From Vulcanimicrobiota bacterium (lineage in GTDB: Bacteria; Vulcanimicrobiota; Vulcanimicrobiia; Vulcanimicrobiales; Vulcanimicrobiaceae): 64,000 bases of DNA. The stretch lies in contig CAWAXX010000024.1 in NCBI GenBank assembly GCA_963786105.1, positions 64,001 through 128,000 on the forward strand. The letters are read 5' to 3'. The notes beneath the pieces were generated by a model. That model did not search any database. It had not been told where the DNA came from and saw only the letters and a program-made list of their open reading frames with translations. Each line of letters opens with the position of its first letter. Position 1 is the first letter of the stretch. Below are positions 63,267 to 64,000 of the stretch, one piece after another. The position numbers and the translations under genes are program-made.

Positions 63267-64000
63267 GCGGCTCGATGGAAGAGAAACTCGCAGAGCGTTT
63301 GGAACAGCACCGCAACGTCCAGATAGGGCGACCAGTTTTCGAGATATTGGAGATCGTAGGCGAGCCGTTCGCCGGCCGCCGACGTGTCGACGTTGCGCTT
63401 CATGTGGACGTGCGACCAACCGGTGATTCCCGGGCGCACCAAGTGTCGCTGATCGTAACGCGCCAGCGTCGCCCGGAAGAGATCGACGAACATGGGCCGC
63501 TCGGGCCGGGGCCCGACCAGCGACATATCGCCGCGCAACACGTTGAACAGTTGCGGAAGTTCGTCGATGCTGAAACGCCGCAAGAACGCGCCGATGCGGG
63601 TTTTTCGTGGATCGTTGTCGGTGGCCCACACGGCGCCGATCGTGCTCTCCGCGTCTGGTCGCATCGAGCGAAATTTCAGAATTCGAAACGCCTTGCCGCC
63701 CATGCCGGCCCGCTCTTGCGAATACAAGATCGGCCAGCCGGAATCGATGACGATGGCGACTGCGGCCACCAGCATGACCGGCGAGAAGAGAATCAGGGCG
63801 AGGCTTCCAAACGCGACGTCCATCAGCCGCTTAACGAGCTGAGCACGCGGCGAGCACGCGCGCAGACGCGCCGGAACGATAAGCACTTGCCGTCCGTCGG
63901 TCTGAAGGCTGAGGTCGTAGCAATAGCGGATGACCGTGGGCGGCGCGAAGGCTAAACGAATTCTTTCCGACGCGGCGACCTCGAGAACGTGAGCGAGCAG
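63263..64000 (-). CDS. polyprenyl glycosylphosphotransferase (WcaJ/WbaP-like), C-terminal part
   Basis: Frame open to window edge; KRLMD, KFRSM, DPR.T.IG.FLR..SIDELPQL.NV..GDMSLVGPRP, RPGITGW. Confidence 0.93.
   Translation of the reverse strand: MLAHVLEVAASERIRLAFAPPTVIRYCYDLSLQTDGRQVLIVPARLRACSPRAQLVKRLMDVAFGSLALILFSPVMLVAAVAIVIDSGWPILYSQERAGMGGKAFRILKFRSMRPDAESTIGAVWATDNDPRKTRIGAFLRRFSIDELPQLFNVLRGDMSLVGPRPERPMFVDLFRATLARYDQRHLVRPGITGWSHVHMKRNVDTSAAGERLAYDLQYLENWSPYLDVAVLFQTLCEFLFHRAA

Overview
GC-rich bacterial chromosomal segment devoted mostly to the cell envelope. The gene repertoire (six paralogous phospholipase C/AcpA-type phosphoesterase lipoproteins, tandem-repeat propeller lipoproteins, Terrabacteria-type fabF-rnc-smc synteny plus LPS heptose/core genes) suggests a diderm Terrabacterium such as Eremiobacterota/Vulcanimicrobiota; this is inference only. 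Layout: (i) 0-4.7 kb three PLC lipoproteins, GtrA and a PIG-L deacetylase; (ii) 4.7-25 kb an ABC-transporter (Wzm/Wzt) polysaccharide locus with two GT2+GT4 enzymes, a SAM methyltransferase, two lipoproteins, a GT-C, rmlA/rmlB and a GMC oxidoreductase; (iii) fabF-rnc-smc-purH with a 166-bp palindromic element at the smc/purH junction; (iv) two more PLCs, two propeller lipoproteins, glyoxalase, a permease fusion; (v) hisS-accB-gmhA-rfaE1-rfaE2-lpxB-like-GT2/GT9-aspS; (vi) a PLC, two paralogous unknown lipoproteins, Amj and a Wzy-type EPS cluster with a glucuronyl C5-epimerase homologue. Best leads: a ~124-aa C-terminal domain shared by Wzt and the methyltransferase and echoed in two adjacent lipoproteins, the PLC expansion, and the palindromic insertion that displaces the purH start. 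About 14 frameshifts, all net +1 and one in accB, most likely reflect sequencing error. No rRNA, tRNA, CRISPR array or transposase was seen.
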